Virus record (IMG/VR): IMGVR_UViG_3300007735_000756
Span: 1 to 54,371 of that record
Length of the DNA: 54,371 nucleotides
Source of the DNA: a virus
Taxonomy: Duplodnaviria; Caudoviricetes
Direction: 5' to 3' (one strand)
Position 1 is the stretch's first letter; the number at the start of each line of letters is the position of its first letter. A program made the translations under genes and the position numbers. Positions 49,558 through 54,371 of the stretch are shown here, piece after piece. Below the pieces are notes generated by a model. That model ran no database searches. It was not told where the DNA came from and was given only the letters and a program-made list of their open reading frames with translations.

Positions 49558-50970
49558 ATGTTAAATCCATTTTTTCTTCAAGGTTCAGAATCGGAAAGAA
49601 ATTTAATTCAAGATTTAGTTAATGAACAATTAAGAATGTATGGTGTGGAAGTTTACTACTTGCCAAGAAATTATCTTACACAAAATACTGTTATAAAAGA
49701 AGTTATACAATCTTCATTCGAAGATTCATATCCAATAGAAGCATATCTCGTTAATTATGATGGATATGGTGACAATCCAACAATTCTTTCAAAATTTGGT
49801 ATTCAAGCACTTAATGAATTAACTATAACGATATCTAGAGAACGATTTGAAACTTATATTTCTCCTCTTATAAGGAATAAACAAAATATTAGAATATCAA
49901 ACCGTCCAAAGGAAGGAGACTTAATTTATTTTCCCTTTGGAGATCGTTTATTTGAGATAAAATATGTTGAGCACGAAAAACCATTTTATCAACTTAATGG
50001 AAATACCACTTATGATTTAAGATGTGAACTCTTTAGATATGAAGATGAGGTGATTGATACTGGAGTGAGTGAAATTGATGATACTCTTGCAGGAAGTTCC
50101 AGCGATCCATACGATATAACTAATATTGTTGGTGTAATTCAAAAACTAACAGTTGTTGGAAGCGCAACAACTGCTTCTGCAATTGCTTCAGTTGTTAGTG
50201 GTGGTATTAGATACTTTACAGTTACTAATAGGGGTGGTGGATATACATCTGCACCAAGAGTTGCAATCTCTTCTGCTCCATCGGGTGGAATGACAGGAGT
50301 AGGATCTGCAACGATGATTGGAGGAATTGTTGTTTGTAATAGCAACGTAAATCCAGTTTCATCCTCTGTACAATCTGTTGAAGTAATAAATGCTGGTTAT
50401 GGATATACAGTTGCTCCTGGAGTTTTATTTTTTGGAGATGGGTCTGGAGCTTCCGCAACTGCAACAATTGGTGACGGAGTTGTTGGAATTGTCACAATCA
50501 CAAATGGTGGAACTGGATATACAACTTCTCCAACAATTACCTTTACTGGAATTTCTACAGTATCTGCAGCTGCGACTGCTATTGTAAGTTCTTCTGGAGT
50601 AATATCACAAATAAGATTGACAAATACTGGTTTTGGATATACTGAACCACCAACTATAGTAATTGGAAATCCATCTTCCAGTTCTTTTGGGAATTATATA
50701 TTTAATGAAGTTATAGTTGGATCTATAAGTAGTACAACTGCAAGGGTAAGATCTTGGAATTCAACTACAAATCAACTTGAAATTTCTAACATATCTGGAG
50801 AATTTTTAATCTCGGAAAATATTGTCGGATCTGATTCTGGTGCCTCTCATGCACTAAGAACAATTGATGAATATCCAGTTAACGATGGATATACTGACAA
50901 TAAGAATATTGAGACTGAAGCAGATTTGATCATAGATTTTAGTGAAAAAAATCCCTTTGGAACTCCTTAA
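49558..50970 (+). CDS. gp14: Neck protein gp14 with beta-repeat insertion
   Basis: YYLPR, SKFG, RPKEGDLIYFP, PFYQL, DFSEKNPFG. Confidence 0.93.
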   Translation: MLNPFFLQGSESERNLIQDLVNEQLRMYGVEVYYLPRNYLTQNTVIKEVIQSSFEDSYPIEAYLVNYDGYGDNPTILSKFGIQALNELTITISRERFETYISPLIRNKQNIRISNRPKEGDLIYFPFGDRLFEIKYVEHEKPFYQLNGNTTYDLRCELFRYEDEVIDTGVSEIDDTLAGSSSDPYDITNIVGVIQKLTVVGSATTASAIASVVSGGIRYFTVTNRGGGYTSAPRVAISSAPSGGMTGVGSATMIGGIVVCNSNVNPVSSSVQSVEVINAGYGYTVAPGVLFFGDGSGASATATIGDGVVGIVTITNGGTGYTTSPTITFTGISTVSAAATAIVSSSGVISQIRLTNTGFGYTEPPTIVIGNPSSSSFGNYIFNEVIVGSISSTTARVRSWNSTTNQLEISNISGEFLISENIVGSDSGASHALRTIDEYPVNDGYTDNKNIETEADLIIDFSEKNPFGTP

Positions 50971-51017
50971 TATAAATATATATTATATTATTGAATATCA
51001 ATAGAGAGTTTATAAAA

Positions 51018-52019
51018 ATGTTTGAGTATTTTTACAACGAGATCTTAAGAAAAACAATAATTTCCTTTGGTTCTCTATTTAATAATATTAAAATTAAGCA
51101 CACAGATTCTAATGATAATGTTGTTAGCGTAATAGAAGTCCCTCTTGCATATGGACCAACTCAAAAGTTTTTAGCAAGACTTGAGGAATCTCCAGATTTA
51201 AGCAAACAAACTCAAATAACATTGCCAAGAATGTCATTTGAGTTTACAGGAATGACTTACGATCCATCAAGAAAGTTAACAACTACTCAAACATTTGTAG
51301 CAAAAGATCTGAATAATGGAACGGATACAAAAAAATCATATATGCCCGTTCCATATAATATGCAATTTGAATTGAGTATTATGTCAAAACTTAATGATGA
51401 TGCTCTTCAAATTGTAGAGCAAATTTTACCATATTTTCAACCATCATATAACATTACTGTCAATTTAGTCTCAAGTATTGGTGAAAAAAGAGATATTCCA
51501 ATAGTTTTGGAAAATATCACTATGCAAGATGACTATGAAGGAGATTTCACAAAAAGAAGAGTTCTCATTTATACATTGAGATTTTCTGCAAAAACATATT
51601 TGTTTGGTCCAGTGCAGTCTGCATCAAAAGATGTTATCAAGAAAATGTCTGTCAGTCTTATTTCTGGAGAAACAAACTCTACACCGTCAAGAGAAGTTGT
51701 GTATTCGGCAAGTCCAAGAGCAATTAAAAACTATACTGGAATTGTTGTTACAAATATATCTAAAGATATTGCAGTTGAAGATATTTTAATTTCCGTAAAT
51801 AATGCAACCACAATTGTTACAAATACATATCTTGATATAGAAGGTGAAGAGGTTTTTGTGAAATCAAAATCTGGAAATGTTCTTACTGTTGATAGAGGAA
51901 GAGATGGAACCTTAATTATTCCTCACCTTGCTGGAGCTCAAGTAAAATCAATCACATCATCAGATAATCTTCTCATCCCAACTGGTGATGATTTTGGATT
52001 TAGTGGATCTACCACGTAG
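51018..52019 (+). CDS. gp15: Tail sheath stabilizer/terminator gp15
   Basis: FGSLFNNI, VPLAYGP..KF, LPRMSFE, QIVEQILPYFQP; TATAAATA at 50971. Confidence 0.95.
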   Translation: MFEYFYNEILRKTIISFGSLFNNIKIKHTDSNDNVVSVIEVPLAYGPTQKFLARLEESPDLSKQTQITLPRMSFEFTGMTYDPSRKLTTTQTFVAKDLNNGTDTKKSYMPVPYNMQFELSIMSKLNDDALQIVEQILPYFQPSYNITVNLVSSIGEKRDIPIVLENITMQDDYEGDFTKRRVLIYTLRFSAKTYLFGPVQSASKDVIKKMSVSLISGETNSTPSREVVYSASPRAIKNYTGIVVTNISKDIAVEDILISVNNATTIVTNTYLDIEGEEVFVKSKSGNVLTVDRGRDGTLIIPHLAGAQVKSITSSDNLLIPTGDDFGFSGSTT

Positions 52020-52034
52020 GAACTCAAAATTAAC

Positions 52035-52466
52035 ATGACAAATAAATTTGATAATTTGAATGAAGCATTTAATGTTACTGGAGAAATAGTTTCCATTGAT
52101 ACCGAAGAATCTTCCACAGATAAAATAGAAAAAATTACCTCTACAATTGATGATGTAAAAAAAGATTATGAATACACTAGAGGAAATTTATATTCTATTA
52201 TAGAAAAAGGTCAGGAAGCAATTAACGGGATTCTTGAACTTGCAAAAGAAAGTGAAATGCCTCGTGCATATGAAGTTGCTGGGCAATTGATAAAAAATGT
52301 TGCAGATGCAACTGATAAACTAATGGAACTTCAAAAGAAACTGAAGGATATTGAGGTTGATAAAGGTGTAAGAGGTCCTACAAACGTTACTAATGCACTC
52401 TTTGTTGGATCAACCGCAGAACTTGCTAAACTTTTGAAGTCTAAACAGTTAGATCAACCTAAATAA
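52035..52466 (+). CDS. gp16: Terminase small subunit gp16
   Basis: DYEYTR.NL, PRAYEV, NALFVGSTAEL. Confidence 0.93.
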   Translation: MTNKFDNLNEAFNVTGEIVSIDTEESSTDKIEKITSTIDDVKKDYEYTRGNLYSIIEKGQEAINGILELAKESEMPRAYEVAGQLIKNVADATDKLMELQKKLKDIEVDKGVRGPTNVTNALFVGSTAELAKLLKSKQLDQPK

Positions 52467-52633
52467 CGAATTGAGAGGAAATACCAAAGTATATTAGTAA
52501 TATACTTTAATTTGGATGGTGTCACTGAAAATGTTCACCTTCTCAAAATTCTTATATCTTTATCATCAATAACTTTTAAAATAGTTAGAACATCAATTAA
52601 TTTATAAATATCTTTACGGCAATCAAATGTTAA

Positions 52634-54371
52634 ATGAATAGTTTTTCTGAACAATTAAAACCTCATAAAACAGTTCAACAGATTGCAAAGAAGCATAATC
52701 TTAATGCATCTTTAATTCAGAAGCAACTAGATATTGGAGAACCAATTGAGCACGAACATACAAAAGATCATAATCTTGCTATGAATATTGCTCTTCAACA
52801 TTTGGATGAAATTCCCGATTATTATACCAGACTTAAAAAAATGGAAGCATCTGCAAAAAAGGATCATAGAAAATTTAAAGATGTGAAAGAAGAATTAGAA
52901 GAGCAAAGATATTGCCCTCTTTGCGACAAAAGAGAAACAAGATCAGAATGTTCCTATGGTGGAAAATCTTGGGATAAGGTTTCTGTGAAAGATCACGAAT
53001 ATTCTATGGTAAGATCAGAACTTGCTACAATGTCTGATGCCATAAAGAGACTTCAAAAGAAAGTGGGTAAGGGTGAAGGAAATATTGAGTCTTGGGTTCA
53101 ATCAAAAATTACCAAAGCAGCAGATTATATTGATACTGCTGCTGATTATATTGCAAGTAAAGAAATGGAAGAAGCATGTTGGGTTGGGTATAAACAAAAT
53201 GGGTTAAAGAAAAAGGGAAAGAGAATGGTTCCAAATTGTGTTCCAACAAATGAAGCAAAAACACTTGGATTTGAAATTAAAAAGTCATCAGGTGCAGGTG
53301 CATTAACTCCAGATGCAGCAAAGCAACTTGGGGATAAAGCAGTTACACTTCAAAGGGAAAAGGCAGCAAAAGTTGATTTACCAAAACTAAAAGAACATAG
53401 AGGAATTGTTGCAAAAATTCTTGAAGAACTTCAAGAAGAATCAAAGTCTGGAGATTCATCTCTTCACGATTGGTTTTCTAAAAGTAAATCAAAAAGTGGA
53501 AAACCGGGATGGGTTCAACTGGGAGGAAAATATGCTGGAGAACCTTGTGCTCGCCAACCAGGCCAAACCACTAAACCAAAGTGTGGTAGTTCAAAAATGG
53601 CATCAGAAATGTCTCCAGAAGAGGAAGAGGGAGCAGCAAAAAGGAAAAGAAAAGAAGATCCAAATCCTTATAGGACAGGTAAGGTAATAAATGTTGAAAC
53701 AGAAGAGTATGTAAATGAAGACGCATGTAAAGAAAAAGTCAAATCAAGATACAAAATTTGGCCTTCAGCCTATGCCTCAGGAGCACTTGTAAAATGTCGT
53801 AAAGTAGGTGCCGCAAACTGGGGAAATAAAACCAAAAATGAAGATGTGACAATTGAAGATGTGAATGGAAAGACATTTGCAGAAGTTGTTGATATTATCA
53901 AACCAGAACCAATCAAAGGATTTAAGCAGCAAGTGAATGAAGCAACTCGTCTTCCTGCTACAACCGGTAATATTATTTCGGTGATGTTGAATTGGAGAGG
54001 AAAAACCTATGGAACAAAAATGTTTTTCCCTCAAACAAAACTTCCATCAAGAAAAGATATTGAATATGAAATTCAAAAAGTTTATCCGGATTGCAGAATA
54101 TTAACATATAAGGTTGCAGAATTTGTTCCAGGACAAGCACTCATTTATGTGGACAATACAAAATCAAAAAACTATTTGATGAATAATAAGACTATTGGTG
54201 AAGAGACTATTGAGGAAGAAGGTCCTGTATTATCGGTTGGAAGAGGTGAAAAACTTTCCGTAGAAAGAGGTGGTGGACTTACAGCAAAGGGAAGAGCACG
54301 TTACAATCGTGAGACTGGTTCCCATCTTCAAGCACCTGTAACAGGGAAGGTAAAACCAGGAAGTAAAGCAG
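52634..54371 (+). CDS. Late multi-domain protein, at least 579 aa, truncated by the window end (DUF5661-like N-terminus)
   Basis: Manual translation from ATG 52634 found no stop; absent from the track for that reason; TATAAATA at 52603-52610. Confidence 0.85.
   Translation, partial: MNSFSEQLKPHKTVQQIAKKHNLNASLIQKQLDIGEPIEHEHTKDHNLAMNIALQHLDEIPDYYTRLKKMEASAKKDHRKFKDVKEELEEQRYCPLCDKRETRSECSYGGKSWDKVSVKDHEYSMVRSELATMSDAIKRLQKKVGKGEGNIESWVQSKITKAADYIDTAADYIASKEMEEACWVGYKQNGLKKKGKRMVPNCVPTNEAKTLGFEIKKSSGAGALTPDAAKQLGDKAVTLQREKAAKVDLPKLKEHRGIVAKILEELQEESKSGDSSLHDWFSKSKSKSGKPGWVQLGGKYAGEPCARQPGQTTKPKCGSSKMASEMSPEEEEGAAKRKRKEDPNPYRTGKVINVETEEYVNEDACKEKVKSRYKIWPSAYASGALVKCRKVGAANWGNKTKNEDVTIEDVNGKTFAEVVDIIKPEPIKGFKQQVNEATRLPATTGNIISVMLNWRGKTYGTKMFFPQTKLPSRKDIEYEIQKVYPDCRILTYKVAEFVPGQALIYVDNTKSKNYLMNNKTIGEETIEEEGPVLSVGRGEKLSVERGGGLTAKGRARYNRETGSHLQAPVTGKVKPGSKA

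Noticed and set aside
24295-51789. Short antisense and alternate-frame ORFs within structural genes
   Set aside because: Shadow ORFs of long real genes, with no independent signals.
52486-52508. Palindrome AAAGTATATT-AGT-AATATACTTT after gp16 as a pac site
   Set aside because: An AT-rich palindrome with only its position as support.
53406-54034. Track ORFs 53406..53687 (+) and 53777..54034 (-)
   Set aside because: Both lie inside the longer open frame starting at 52634.

Overview
This window comes from a large T4-like myophage, very probably a cyanophage, with almost all genes on the + strand. The right part (23.8-54.4 kb) is the structural module: gp25, gp6, a 4010-aa gp7-like protein, gp8, a 2808-aa DUF4815/VrlC-like protein, gp13, gp14, gp15, gp16, then an unlisted multi-domain ORF running off the end. 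The left part (2.6-21 kb) is an accessory region of tiny genes. It is organised into cassettes, each headed by a near-identical ~35-bp element, AACTCTGGGGCCTT(C/T)AAAGTGTCCCTATAGTGT (19 full copies plus 1 truncated). The element has an imperfect dyad, ends in a T7/SP6-like CTATAG, and sits next to orphan gene-end relics that suggest cassette shuffling. One cassette is a ~190-nt structured RNA with a tRNA-like T-arm. The region also holds an SF2 helicase, a nuclease/MTase pair, a ligase-like nucleotidyltransferase, an HNH protein beside an origin-like repeat region, pseudoknot-like tracts, and late genes with T4-type capsid-targeting N-termini. All calls come from reading motifs by eye; no searches were run.
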